Notes: generated from the sequence alone by a model not told the origin. A stretch of DNA of 64,000 nt from Candidatus Hydrogenedentota bacterium (GCA_963745075.1 CAVUWV010000008.1:256001-320000), one strand, 5' to 3'; counted from the stretch's first letter, positions 29,681 through 42,803 are shown. Numbers and translations: made by a program.

Positions 29681-29902
29681 ATGAATCGGAAGCCATTCAC
29701 CAAAGATGCATCCGCGCGAAGCCCTTTTCGCGCTAAGAACTCCAGACACGATACCGGCACGACCAATCTCGTCGTCATCGATCCCGATGTTAGCGAGTAT
29801 TTCCCGGACCGCGAGTCCGTGAACGAAGCACTTCGAGGCCTCATCGCCATCATCAGACGCCAGCGCGAAACCGCTGAAGTAGAGTCCAAAAGACAAATTT
29901 AG
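29681..29902 (+). CDS. Orphan antitoxin-like small protein (BrnA-like RHH tail)
   Basis: VVIDPDVSEYFPDRESVNEALRGL resembles antitoxins found with BrnT-type toxins; no toxin ORF is seen upstream. Confidence 0.6.
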   Translation: MNRKPFTKDASARSPFRAKNSRHDTGTTNLVVIDPDVSEYFPDRESVNEALRGLIAIIRRQRETAEVESKRQI

Positions 29903-30097
29903 GATATCCGGCGTCAACCTGCGCTCATTCGGGACAACGTGTCGTAAACCCCATCTCTGAGACATGCGGTAGATACCACGTCCGCACTCGCGCGCCCGCC
30001 GAGTGCGCGAACCATCGAAAACAAGAATCGCCACAACCGAAGCCGGACCCTGTGCTATACTTCCATAGAGCACCTACCCGGGCTACGGATGGTTGCC

Positions 30098-30971
30098 ATG
30101 AAATCGACGCGCAAGAGATGGATGGTTGCGGTCGCAGTCCTAGCGGTCGCATGTGGAACCGGCTGGACGTACACGTGGTACCGCACGGCCCAACGCAACG
30201 CGCAGTGCGTGCGCAACCTCGAGCAAATCGGCGCCGCCCTGCACGCCTACATGAACGACTCGAAGGGGGAGTACTCTCCCCCATTGTCCTTGGTGCCGGG
30301 CCGACTCATGTTCGACCGCGACGCGGTTTACCCAACGTATCTGACCGAACCCATGTGGCTCGTGTCGCCGTTTCACCCGGACTATGTGCGTTTTCAGGCG
30401 CAAGACAGCGATCCCGAGTCGCTCATTGATGACGCCAGCTATTGGTACCTGGGCTATATCTTTGCCAACGAACGGTCTGCCTTTGCTTGGATTGATGAGT
30501 ACAAGAAACGTGCATCCCCGGCGGGCAACTTCCTCCCGATGTCAGCGTTCTTTGGCCGGACATACAAGACGGATTGGCGGCACGGGACAGGGAAATGCGC
30601 GCACGATACGACGAAGCGTTGGCGAAGGTTCGCGCCGATTGGATCGCGTCTGGCCAGGAGGGCGATCCACCAGAAACCCGTGGGGATGTTGAGAAATGCG
30701 ACCGAACCTTCCCGGAAGAATGCACTAGTACATGTCTTGAGACGGAGTAGAACGCTTTCTGATCACGGAAATCATGGCAATCCCGCGGTGCTGGGCAAAA
30801 GGCATCACGAAAGCCCCCGTCATGGTCGAACGGCCCGAACTGCACGGCGACGGCGGCCACGTCCTGTACATGGATGGCCACGTCGAGTTTGTCCCTTACC
30901 CCGGCCCGTTTCCCATGACCGTGACCTTCATCGATGGCCTGCGGTCGCTGGATCGGATGGCGTCGCGCTGA
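30098..30971 (+). CDS. H-X9-DG / DUF1559-like pilin-associated protein (several apparent indels)
   Basis: N-terminal TM helix and CVRNLEQIGAALHAYMND; the C-terminal LHGDGGHVLYMDGHVEF is in another frame. Confidence 0.75.
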
Positions 30972-31122
30972 CAGTATGCGTGGTGAGGGGCATTGCGCCA
31001 GAAGATCGTAACCATTGCACTTCCACATGACATACGATTGCAGATGTTGCGCCGGATTGGATACGGTACAATACTGAAGAATGCGAGTTGACGCGCGATT
31101 CCGCTCGTGAGGAGAAGACACG

Positions 31123-31347
31123 ATGTCACCGGACGCAATGGATTTAGTCAGGGAAGCTTTGAAGCTGCCGCCCGAAGCGAGAGCAGCCCTTGCCGGAACG
31201 CTTCTGGAAAGCCTGGAAGAGCCGATTGACGCCGACAGCGAAGTGGCGTGGTCCGTGGAAATTCGGCGGCGGCTCGATGAATTGGACTCAGGGAAAGCAA
31301 CCACGGTCCCATGGTCTGAACTCCGCCGCCGCATCCACGGCTTCTGA
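31123..31347 (+). CDS. Addiction-module antitoxin
   Basis: ALKLPPEARAALA...LLESL...AWSVEIRRRLDELDSG...VPWSEL; its stop overlaps the toxin ATG (TGATG). Confidence 0.88.
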   Translation: MSPDAMDLVREALKLPPEARAALAGTLLESLEEPIDADSEVAWSVEIRRRLDELDSGKATTVPWSELRRRIHGF

Positions 31348-31646
31348 TGGTCGACCGTGTGGAGTTCCATTCCGCGGCTGCGGATGAAGTCCAGGCGGCA
31401 CACCGATGGTACGCTGAACGCAATGATTCAGCCGGCGCTGCCTTCCTGCGCGATTTGGACAATGCAGTGTCGCGAGTCTTGGAGTCGCCGGAGCGTTGGC
31501 CGCGATACATTAACGAGACGCGGCGATACGTCTTCCGCCGGTTCCCATATTCGCTCGTGTACAGGGTTGCCGCTGAGAACGTTCAAGTAGTTGCAGTGGT
31601 CCACGCACGTCGACGGCCCGGGTATTGGAAGGAGCGTACGCGCTAA
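31347..31646 (+). CDS. ParE/RelE family toxin
   Basis: FHSAAADEV...WY...PERWP...RRFPYSLVY...VVAVVHARRRPGYW. Confidence 0.9.
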   Translation: MVDRVEFHSAAADEVQAAHRWYAERNDSAGAAFLRDLDNAVSRVLESPERWPRYINETRRYVFRRFPYSLVYRVAAENVQVVAVVHARRRPGYWKERTR

Positions 31647-31824
31647 ATAATCGCGGAGGTGTAGGCGGACCCTTTATATGGAAGTGGTGTGAACTGCTTT
31701 CTGGGTTCATCATGGGACCTCGCCATCACGCAAGTCGCACCTCAATTACAATAGCGCCTCACGATTACGAAAAAGTCGAAGGGGGAAACATCCGTTTCTA
31801 ATCGGCATCAGGAGGGGGGGAAGA

Positions 31825-33898
<2,074 letters not shown>

Positions 33899-33902
<4 letters not shown>

Positions 33903-34903
33903 ACTCGGATCTTTCGCTCGACACGCAAACCAGCCTGCTCTTGACCGCTCCCCTAATCGCGGGACAGGTCAAGACGGAAGCCGATGTCTTGACGTCCGGC
34001 GAGTTCAAACGATTGGTTCGGCTTCTCGGCGAGAACCGACGCCAACCCGGCGATCTACTGGGTCCGGACGCCGCAGACGTATTGGAGAAAACCCGGCATC
34101 TCATCGAACCCGACCAAATCCAGCGCTTGCTCGAACGCGGTTTTCTGCTATCCCAGGCGCTGGAATACTGGCACGCCCGGGCGATCTGGGTCGTAGGCCG
34201 GACGGACGACGCGTACCCAAGCCGGTTGAATACGCGTCTCGCCGACGACGCGCCACCCATTCTTTACGGTTGCGGCGACGTCTCTCTTCTGGATAACGGC
34301 GGCCTGGCAGTGGTCGGATCGCGCCACGTGGACGACGCGCTGGTTTCCTATACCGAAAACATTGGCCGTCTCGCAGCGAGCGCACAGCGCACCCTCATCT
34401 CCGGCGGCGCCCGTGGCATCGACCGTGCTGCCATGCGCGGTGCACTCGAGGCGGGCGGCAGCGTTTCAGGGGTCCTGGCCGACAGTCTGGAACGCGTAGC
34501 CCTGACTCGCGAGCATCGCGAAGTCCTGATGGACGGGCGGCTCGTCCTTATTTCACCCTACGATCCCGGAGCGGGGTTCAACGTGGGACACGCCATGCAG
34601 CGCAATAAGCTCATCTACGCCTTGTCCGACGCAACGCTCGTGGTCAGTTCCGACCTCGATAAAGGCGGTACCTGGAACGGCGCCGTCGAGCAACTCGACA
34701 AACTACACTTCGTGCCCGTCTACGTCCGGACGAACGGTGAACCCAGCAAAGGGTTGGAGGCCCTCCAGCGCAAGGGCGCTTTACCGTGGCCCGATCCGAA
34801 CACCCCGGAATCGCTTGATGAGGCGCTCACGGTCGAGATTGCCTCGAGATCCGCAGGCCCCGAACAAGGAGAACTCTTTCCCGACACCTCGAAAGAACCG
34901 TAG
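33899..34903 (+). CDS. rqlI: DprA/Smf-domain protein, RqlI-like
   Basis: YPSRL...[33 protein letters not shown] and [12 protein letters not shown] overlap with the helicase stop. Confidence 0.85.
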
Positions 34904-35123
34904 CGTGCTTCCATTCGTCTGCGGCCCCGATTGGGATCGTCCGGCGCGCCTGTGGTAGGATTTTGTTCTACCCCTCGAATCGTCGCGGCGGGTCTTTTCA
35001 TTCGGGCAACGTTCGCGCGACGCATCAGGGGCTACCGTACATTGAACCTGCATACCGCTCCGAACGGGAGTCGGGCCGGAGCCCTTCAGAAAATATCCGG
35101 CCTCAGCACATTCGGAAACACGC

Positions 35124-36488
35124 ATGGCAGCCCAAAAAGACCGAAACATCATAGTCGTGGAAAAGCGGCCCGGCATCGCCAAACGGCTCGAACGCCAGTT
35201 CGCCGACCGCCCCGTCACGGTATCGAGCGAAGGGAACGTCGATACGGTATTGGACCGCTTCGAGGACGAAGTCTACGACGTCGTCATCATCACCAGCGCG
35301 GCCGTAAAGTCGGGCCACATTGGCGGCAAGGAACTCTTCGAAGCGATTTCGGGTAAGAGTCCCCACTCGGAAGTCCTGTTCCTGGTCGATCCCGCCCACA
35401 TCAAACTGGCCATGAAAGCCATGAAAGCCGGCGCGTTCCGGTACGCAAAATTTCCCATCGAAGACGACGAACTCGGCATGCTGGTCGAGTCCACGCTGAA
35501 GCAGCCCAAGACTATAGACGAGACGGCGACCCTCGATGGTGCGGAACCGGTGCAATTCGACCAACCGTTGCTGGGCCGATCGAAGCCCATGAAAAACGTC
35601 TTCCGTCAAATCAGTCAGGCGGCGGCCAGCGACATTCCCGTTCTGATCGTCGGCGAAACGGGAACGGGCAAAGACCTCGCGGCCCAGGCGGTTCATCTTG
35701 CCAGCGCGCGGCGCGACGGCCCCTACGTGCCGGTGCACCTCGGCGCGCTGCCCCCGGAACTCGTCGCCAGCGAGCTGTTCGGGCACGAGAAAGGGGCGTT
35801 CACGGGCGCGCTGGATCGACGCACCGGGAAGTTCGAGCAGGCCAACGCGGGCACCATTTTCCTCGACGAAATCTCGACCATCGACGAAAAGGTCCAGGTC
35901 AGCCTGTTGCGCATTCTCGAAAGTAAACGGTTCACCCGGCTCGGCGGCAAGCGCGTCATGACGAGCCGCTCCCGCATCATCGCGGCCACCAACGAAAGTC
36001 CCAACGAGTTGGTCGAAAAGGGCGTCTTCCGCGAGGACCTCCTCTACCGGCTGGATGTCTTCCGCGTGGTGATGCCGCCCCTGCGCGACCGTCACGGGGA
36101 TATCCCGCTGCTCATCAACGCATTCATGAAACGTTTCCGCGAAACCTTTCACAAGGATGTGCGCGGGATCGACCCCGATTGCGTAGCGCGCCTGGAAGAG
36201 CACGACTGGCCGGGCAACGTGCGCGAACTGAAGAACGTCATCCAACGCGCCGTCTTGATCTCGGCCGGTGAGGTGCTACTCCCCGAACACCTGCCCAGCC
36301 GGTTCCGGCGCGAAAGCGTGACCCGGCCCAAAGTGACCTTCACTGTAGGTACGCCGCTCGAAGAGGTCGAGCGCGAGATGGTGGTGCGGGCCCTGGCGGT
36401 CGCATCGAACCGTACGCAGGCGGCGGAACTCCTAGGCATCAGCCGCCGCGCCCTCTACAACAAACTGCACAAATTCAACATCCAATAA
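35124..36488 (+). CDS. NtrC-type sigma-54 activator with a degenerate receiver domain
   Basis: GETGTGKD, SELFGHEKGAFTGA, FLDEI, WPGNVREL and HTH; the receiver reads IIVVEKR and DVVIITS. Confidence 0.92.
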   Translation: MAAQKDRNIIVVEKRPGIAKRLERQFADRPVTVSSEGNVDTVLDRFEDEVYDVVIITSAAVKSGHIGGKELFEAISGKSPHSEVLFLVDPAHIKLAMKAMKAGAFRYAKFPIEDDELGMLVESTLKQPKTIDETATLDGAEPVQFDQPLLGRSKPMKNVFRQISQAAASDIPVLIVGETGTGKDLAAQAVHLASARRDGPYVPVHLGALPPELVASELFGHEKGAFTGALDRRTGKFEQANAGTIFLDEISTIDEKVQVSLLRILESKRFTRLGGKRVMTSRSRIIAATNESPNELVEKGVFREDLLYRLDVFRVVMPPLRDRHGDIPLLINAFMKRFRETFHKDVRGIDPDCVARLEEHDWPGNVRELKNVIQRAVLISAGEVLLPEHLPSRFRRESVTRPKVTFTVGTPLEEVEREMVVRALAVASNRTQAAELLGISRRALYNKLHKFNIQ

Positions 36489-36496
36489 CGTTCCGC

Positions 36497-39400
36497 TCAC
36501 CCTGTGACGGGCCGTTGAAACAACGCCGCAATACTGGCGAAGTACCGCAAGAACCAGTTCCGCATGTCTTCGACGATCGTGTAAAACACGGGCACGACGA
36601 ATAGCGTCAGCGCCGTGCCGGACGTCAACCCGCCGATGAGCGTCCATCCCACACTGCTGAGCCCCACGTCGGCCACGTGGCTGCCCAACGCGAGGGGGAT
36701 GCACGCGAGGATCGTCGTCAACGACGTCATCATGACCGGCCGGAATCGGTCGCCGCACGCGGACACGACCGCCGCATTGCGTTCGTCGATGCTTCGCTGC
36801 CGGTTGATGTGATCGACCAGCACGATGCCGTTGTTCACGACGATGCCGCACATGAGAATCCCCCCGATCATGGAAATCACGTCCACCGGAATGTCCGCGA
36901 GATACATGGCCCAATATACACCGACGAAGGCCAGCGGCACGGAGGTCAGGATCGAGAGCGGCAACAGATACGACTCGAACAGCGCCCCCATGACCACGTA
37001 AATCAAGATAATCGCGAGGATGAGCGCGATGGTGTAATTCTCCGCATTGACCTCGAGCTGGGCGAGATGTTCACCCTCGACGATGTCGTACCCCGCAGGC
37101 AAGTGAAACGCCCCTATCAGTTGGTCCAGATTCGATTTCACCGCCGACAGTTTCTGCGTGTCCACCTCCACGAGAATGTTGATAACGTTTCGTCCGTCGA
37201 CGCGCTGGATCGCCCGGGGGGTACCCGCTTTGATCCGAGTCACCAGACCTGCCAGCGGCACAAGGTCGCCCGACTCACTCAGCACCGCCACGTTTTCCAG
37301 GTCGCCGACCGAGCGCCGATCCTCCGCACCGAACCCCGCCATGACCGGCACCTCCTTACCCTCCCGTTTCAAGTAAAAGAGCCGGGTGCCGCGCAGGGCA
37401 AAATCGACGGTCTGTGCGATCAGGAACGGGCTCACACCGGCGCGTTCCGCCATGATGTTGTCGACCACCAATTGGATTTCATCCGTATCGCGTTCGGTAT
37501 CCAGCATCACATCGTTCACGTCCGGCAAGTCCGAGGCCAGCTGGGTGAAACGTGTCGCGTATTGCTTCAGGAGCGTCGCGTCTTCGCCGCGCATTTGCAG
37601 CGTCACGGTGCTGCCGCCGCCGGTGTCCGCTTCCACGAGCTTGATGCGGACCTCGCCCCCGGGGATCAGCCGGGGTAATTGCGTTTCGAGAATGCGCCGC
37701 ACGTCCTCCGTGGTGTATCGAGCCGGTTGCCCGCCCAATGACTTATCGGACTCCACCAGATACGCGCGGATTCGTCCACCGCTCGACCCGGCGCTGACAT
37801 AAAGATTGCGGATCCCCAAATCAATTCGTTGCCGGTTCAATACACTCTCGATGGCATCGAAGACCGTCTGGGCCATCGACCAGTCATAGGTCTGATCGAA
37901 GGACACGTTGACCTGGACCATCCGTACATCCACGCGGGGCAGGGTCCGCGCGCCGACGCGCTGCATAGGAATCCACGCCGTAACCGCCATCAGCCCCGTC
38001 AGGCCGAGTACCGCGACTAGGCGCCGGTGCAAGAGCCAGTTCAGGCCGGTCTGGTATGCGTTCGCAACGGATACCCGCGGCAGCGCGCCCGTCACACGAT
38101 CCCACACCTGCCGGAACGTATGGGCGCCCGCAGGCAGCCGCGCGGCGTCCAGGATCGTCTTGGCAAGCCCCGCACGTTCCCGGGCCCGCGCGGTGAGTCG
38201 CCCCAGCACGAGCGGAATCAAGGTCAGCGAAACCACGAGACTCGCCACCAGCGCCACCGTTACCGGCAAGGCGAATTGGCGCATGTAAATCGACAGTTCC
38301 CCCGTGTCGATGTAGAACACCGGGAAGAACACGACCCCGGTCGTCAACGTCGCCGTCGTAATGGCGAGCGACACCTCGTTCGCGCCGAGCCGCGCGCTCT
38401 CCCACGGACCGTAGCCAAGCTCCCGGTAGCGCAGAATGTTCTCCATCACCACGATGGAATTGTCCACCAGCATCCCGAGGCAGATGATCATCGCGGCCAA
38501 AGTGACGGCGTTCAGGCTCATGCCCGTGAAGTACATGGCGATCAATCCGATCACCGTCGAGATGGGCACCGACACCGCCACGACCAACGTCGCGCGCACG
38601 CGCCGAACGAATGCGAACAGAATCAGCAGGGCGAGCCCCCCGCCGTTCAGCCCCGCCACGGTCAGCATGTCGATGGCGTTCAACATGTCGCGGGACTGAT
38701 CTTCGAAGATGAATACGTCCATGTCGCGAGCGACCGGATCCGCGTGCAACCGATCGAGCTCGCCCTTCACCGCCGCGCACGTCTCGATGGTATTCGCGTC
38801 GGAGTCTTTCAGGATGCGGACAAAAACGCCCGTTCGCCCGTCGATGGTGTGCCGGAAACCGACCACCGGTCCGGCCCACGAAACCGTCGCAACATGCTTC
38901 AACTGCAACGCGTTCGGCCCCACCACCGTGTTGCGCAGATCGTTCAGGCTGGTGACATCGCTCACCACCCGGACCGGATGAACGGTGTTCCCGTCGCGCA
39001 GCCGCCCCGCCGCCAGATCCACCTGGTCCTTGCGCAAACGCTGAACAACCTCATAGAGACTTAGGTTTGCCGCCCGCAGCGCGTCCTGGTCGAACTCGAC
39101 GTAGACGGTCCCCGGGTCCGCCCCCCAGATATCGACCTCGGCCACGCCGTCGAGCCGCGCGAGTCGTGGTTTAAGTTGAGTGTGGACCCAGTGGGCCAGA
39201 TCCCGGTCCTCGCCTTCCGAAAAGATCGTGAAGGACAGCATGGGCTGGGTATCCGATCCCGACCGGGAGACGTAGATCCGATCCACGTCATCCGGCAGGT
39301 CCGGCCGCAGGCGTTCCACGCGGTCCCGCACGTCGCTCAGCGCCTGGGACATGCCGGCTCCCCAGTCGAACAGCATCTCCAGGTTGCACCCGTTGGCCGA

Positions 39401-39658
39401 ACATTGGGTTTGAATATGCCGGAGCCCGGGCACGGTGCGGAACCGCCCCTCCGCCGGAATCGCAATGTCCCGCTCGACCTGTTCCGGGGTCGCGCTGGGA
39501 TACGGGATCGTGCACCGCAGCACCGGAAAATCCATGTCGATCATGAATTCCCGGGGAATCCGCGGCCAGACCACCGCGCCCAAGGTCAGCACGGCGAATA
39601 CCAACATGAAGACGGTGATGGGCCGTCGCAGCGCGTATGTGGGCAAGGAAAACTTCAT
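36497..39658 (-). CDS. RND (AcrB/SwrC-like) efflux transporter permease
   Basis: ALRRPITV, GMLVDNSIVVMENI, GIVVNNGIVLVD and RFRPVMMTSLTT motifs; about 1050 aa. Confidence 0.95.
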   Translation of the reverse strand: MKFSLPTYALRRPITVFMLVFAVLTLGAVVWPRIPREFMIDMDFPVLRCTIPYPSATPEQVERDIAIPAEGRFRTVPGLRHIQTQCSANGCNLEMLFDWGAGMSQALSDVRDRVERLRPDLPDDVDRIYVSRSGSDTQPMLSFTIFSEGEDRDLAHWVHTQLKPRLARLDGVAEVDIWGADPGTVYVEFDQDALRAANLSLYEVVQRLRKDQVDLAAGRLRDGNTVHPVRVVSDVTSLNDLRNTVVGPNALQLKHVATVSWAGPVVGFRHTIDGRTGVFVRILKDSDANTIETCAAVKGELDRLHADPVARDMDVFIFEDQSRDMLNAIDMLTVAGLNGGGLALLILFAFVRRVRATLVVAVSVPISTVIGLIAMYFTGMSLNAVTLAAMIICLGMLVDNSIVVMENILRYRELGYGPWESARLGANEVSLAITTATLTTGVVFFPVFYIDTGELSIYMRQFALPVTVALVASLVVSLTLIPLVLGRLTARARERAGLAKTILDAARLPAGAHTFRQVWDRVTGALPRVSVANAYQTGLNWLLHRRLVAVLGLTGLMAVTAWIPMQRVGARTLPRVDVRMVQVNVSFDQTYDWSMAQTVFDAIESVLNRQRIDLGIRNLYVSAGSSGGRIRAYLVESDKSLGGQPARYTTEDVRRILETQLPRLIPGGEVRIKLVEADTGGGSTVTLQMRGEDATLLKQYATRFTQLASDLPDVNDVMLDTERDTDEIQLVVDNIMAERAGVSPFLIAQTVDFALRGTRLFYLKREGKEVPVMAGFGAEDRRSVGDLENVAVLSESGDLVPLAGLVTRIKAGTPRAIQRVDGRNVINILVEVDTQKLSAVKSNLDQLIGAFHLPAGYDIVEGEHLAQLEVNAENYTIALILAIILIYVVMGALFESYLLPLSILTSVPLAFVGVYWAMYLADIPVDVISMIGGILMCGIVVNNGIVLVDHINRQRSIDERNAAVVSACGDRFRPVMMTSLTTILACIPLALGSHVADVGLSSVGWTLIGGLTSGTALTLFVVPVFYTIVEDMRNWFLRYFASIAALFQRPVTG

Positions 39659-40046
39659 TTCGGAAGTACCATTCTCGGGGGCGCCCCAACTCTCTGTGCC
39701 GATTCTAACCCGGAATTCCCATACGCACAACGCGTCTGCGCAGTAATCTTTGTGCATACGGTTCGTTCCAGCGACGGCCAAGGTCCTTCGACTTGACAGC
39801 GTGCGTGTGAGAATTCCTCAACCGTGAGCCCGCAGTCGTTCTCGGGAGCATTTCTCGCCGCTGCCCGCAACGACGCTCCCTGAGATGAGGTTTCTGGGGC
39901 GGTGAGAAATGCGGACCAACCCGAATCAGGGACGCGCACCCCTCTGACAGCGCAATACACCGGGCTTCCATCGAACCCATCGGCCATTCCGGGGTCTAAT
40001 CAAGGAGGAAAGATGAATGCCGTTCGACGCGAAAGGAACTGCGCTC

Positions 40047-40295
40047 ATGAGAACACCCCTCGGACTCGTCATGTCCCTGCTGCTCGCCGCAGGTGTCTTC
40101 ATTGGAACCGGTTGTGACAACAAGACTTTAACGGTGCCCCCGGCCCCTGTGTCCAACGGCCATCCTGCGGTCACTCCAAATCCGCCCGATTCGCCTGACG
40201 CAAACGCTGCCTGGGATCCGGGGGGGCCGGTAGATGAATTACCGGATATCCCGACCGATCCGGCCCGCAACACCGGCCCGAGCGCTCGGCGGTAA
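40047..40295 (+). CDS. Small Pro-rich lipoprotein
   Basis: AAAGGA SD, hydrophobic signal ending GTG-C, Pro/Asp-rich body. Confidence 0.7.
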   Translation: MRTPLGLVMSLLLAAGVFIGTGCDNKTLTVPPAPVSNGHPAVTPNPPDSPDANAAWDPGGPVDELPDIPTDPARNTGPSARR

Positions 40296-40481
40296 ACGGC
40301 TGTCCTGCGGCAGATTATGCAATTCCCGGGCCGTGGACAGAGGTCCCGGAGTTGATCCGCGCCCCGGTCAATGTGTACCCTATTAGGGTGTGCGTACCCA
40401 ATGCACATCGAGAATCATGATAACGGAATAGCTGGTCCCGCTAACGGCGGGAATCGAAACGACAAGAAGGAAGGGCTTCCC

Positions 40482-40865
40482 ATGAAAACAGTTGTTTCTA
40501 TAGCAATGGCATTGGTGCTGGTCTTCGGGTTCGCCGTCGTCGCGGCGGGTTGCGGTGGCGCGCCGTCCAGCGATACCGGCGCTCAAAAACCTGACACCAC
40601 GGCACCCACGGCGCCGCCGGAGCCGTCCGCTGAAAAAGCCGATGACGTCGCCCCGCCGGCTGAAGGAACCACCACGCCCGACAGCACAGCCCCGGCCGAT
40701 TCGTCCGAAGGCATGAACGAACAGCCGGCCGCGCAGGGTGACAGCAGCGCAGCGGCCGAGGGTTCCGGCAGTGAAGCGTCCGCCGATTCCGGCAAAGCGC
40801 TCACCGACGAGTTCGACGATTTCGACTACAGTGCCGGTGGCGGTGCGGCCAGCAAGCGCCGGTAG
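40482..40865 (+). CDS. Small acidic low-complexity lipoprotein
   Basis: Signal MKTVVSIAMALVLVFGFAVVAAG-C; Ala/Ser/Asp/Glu-rich body. Confidence 0.75.
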   Translation: MKTVVSIAMALVLVFGFAVVAAGCGGAPSSDTGAQKPDTTAPTAPPEPSAEKADDVAPPAEGTTTPDSTAPADSSEGMNEQPAAQGDSSAAAEGSGSEASADSGKALTDEFDDFDYSAGGGAASKRR

Positions 40866-40897
40866 GAATACCGCTTAAGCCAACGAGTCTTACAGGG

Positions 40898-40938
40898 GTG
40901 GGCTCGCAGAGACCGATCTGCGAGCCCACATATCTTTC
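40898..40938 (+). terminator. Probable terminator hairpin
   Basis: Perfect 13-bp stem GTGGGCTCGCAGA/TCTGCGAGCCCAC with a 6-nt loop, followed by ATATCTTT, 32 bp after the stop. Confidence 0.6.
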
Positions 40939-41093
40939 CTCGCAGACCCGTGCCTGAGGAGATGGCGCCCGCGCGCCGAGGATGCCCTTCGAGCGCGGAA
41001 TGGACCCGCAATTCCACCGGTTTCTTGTTCTGTACCCCGTCAGCGACTACAATTGCCGGATCGCGCATTGAAACAAACGAAAGGGACGGTACC

Positions 41094-41684
41094 GTGGCGT
41101 CCGATGAAAGCGGATACGTAAACTACTTCGAGGTCCTCGGCCTGGACGAAAATGCCAAGCCGGGCGAAGTCCGCAAGTCCTACCGGCAGAAGATGAAGGC
41201 CCTCGTGAACGAGATCGCCGACGTGGAAATCACGGAAGAACGGCGGTCCCGCTACCTCCTGGAAATGGCCAAAATGAACGCCGCGCTCTTCATTCTGCGG
41301 GACACGGAGACGCGCGACGAGTACTGGAACAGTCGCCAGGATCTCGTTGAACTGGAGCGGAAATGGAAGGAAGCCGCCGATTCCAGCGACGCCAACGAAG
41401 CCGACCGGTACCGGAAAGCCTATGACGGCAAGGTCCGCGACTTCCTGGGCAAGTACGTCGAGGATTACATGCTCGCCGCAGGCCGGGACAAGGAATGCGT
41501 CGAAGCCAGCCATTGGGACCCCTACCACGAGCGTCACGCGTTCCGCATTCTGCGGCATTACCGGCAGAGTTTGTATCGCGAGATTCTGGAGCGGTTACCC
41601 TACGCCGAAATCACGCGTCCGGAGATCGACTGGGACCAGCGTGAAACCGCCGTGAGCCGCATGCTCGCGCACAGAGGAAGCTGA
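41094..41684 (+). CDS. J-domain-like protein lacking HPD
   Basis: NYFEVLGL...EVRKSYRQ...MNAALFILRDTETRDEY follows the J-domain pattern; GTG start. Confidence 0.75.
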   Translation: MASDESGYVNYFEVLGLDENAKPGEVRKSYRQKMKALVNEIADVEITEERRSRYLLEMAKMNAALFILRDTETRDEYWNSRQDLVELERKWKEAADSSDANEADRYRKAYDGKVRDFLGKYVEDYMLAAGRDKECVEASHWDPYHERHAFRILRHYRQSLYREILERLPYAEITRPEIDWDQRETAVSRMLAHRGS

Positions 41685-41687
41685 GCG

Positions 41688-42803
41688 ATGGCGCGCGGCA
41701 AACGAAAGGGTTCGGGCCAGAATAAGATCGTCGACATGGAACTGGCCGCCCTTGCCCTGGCGAAAGCGGTCCACGATGGCGACATCGTCAACCTTCGCCT
41801 CTTGTTCATGCCCTTCTCGCCGATCCGGTCCGACTCCAGCGAACATTTGGAAGACGACAAGTACGCCTACCTCTTGCCCGACGAAGAGACCGAAGCCTCC
41901 CTCGAGTTCCGCGAAGCGCTCCAACTGGTGCAACGAGATTCGATTTGGAATCACATCGAAGGCGAGCTGGAGGCGAAACGGCCCGCCCGTCTGCCCTGGG
42001 AACTCGTGCTTCATCTCGGCGACAACGCCGTGCTTCTGGGCAAATACACCAGCGCCTCCCAGGCTTACGAGCTACTCCGTATTCGCCGGCGCATGCAGGA
42101 CAGTTTCTACGCGCAGGCGGACAAAGCCTTCGATGAAGGAAACCTGAAACGGGCGGTTCACGGGTACGTCGTTGCGACGGGATTGGATTACGATTACGCT
42201 GCTTTCCCCGAGCCCTTGCCCCTGGTTCCCGACTTTCAGCGGCGCGCGCTCATGCTGCACGGGGTTTATCCGGAGCGCCCCGAAGATTCGGTGCCGCTGC
42301 AGGAACCGGATACGTTCCTGCGTACCGCGCTGACCTATCTGTTGCTGGATGCCGGCGCCGCGGCCCGCCTCGAATCCAGAACCCGCGACCAGCGCGTGGC
42401 CTTTCTCGCCGAACTGGTGCGACAACGCGACCCCGGGTGGCGCGAGTTCGTGCACCGGTACCGCGAAGCCTGCGACAAGATGCGCGAGTTCGAACAACGC
42501 GTCGAGCGCGTCAAAGCCGAAAGCGAGTCATCCAACGGTTCCCTCGCAGAACAGATCGAAACCATTCTCGGCGAAGATCCCCACGCCATACCCGCGTGCC
42601 TTCTCGGGCGTGCCATCGAGGAAGGCGAATGGTGGCAGTATCTCAAGGAATTGGCGTTCAAGCATCCCGCCTCCATCCTGTTTCTTTCCCGCCAGTTGGT
42701 GGGGCAAAGTGAGATTGTCGTGCCGCGGTATCGTGCCGATTCCCCGGTGCCGCGCGAGCTGGGCCTCGTAACCGGAACCGCGGCGTCCGCATCGGCGTCG
42801 TAG
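41688..42803 (+). CDS. Hypothetical alpha-helical protein
   Basis: 371-aa ORF with host-like codon usage, 3 bp after the J-like gene. Confidence 0.75.
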   Translation: MARGKRKGSGQNKIVDMELAALALAKAVHDGDIVNLRLLFMPFSPIRSDSSEHLEDDKYAYLLPDEETEASLEFREALQLVQRDSIWNHIEGELEAKRPARLPWELVLHLGDNAVLLGKYTSASQAYELLRIRRRMQDSFYAQADKAFDEGNLKRAVHGYVVATGLDYDYAAFPEPLPLVPDFQRRALMLHGVYPERPEDSVPLQEPDTFLRTALTYLLLDAGAAARLESRTRDQRVAFLAELVRQRDPGWREFVHRYREACDKMREFEQRVERVKAESESSNGSLAEQIETILGEDPHAIPACLLGRAIEEGEWWQYLKELAFKHPASILFLSRQLVGQSEIVVPRYRADSPVPRELGLVTGTAASASAS

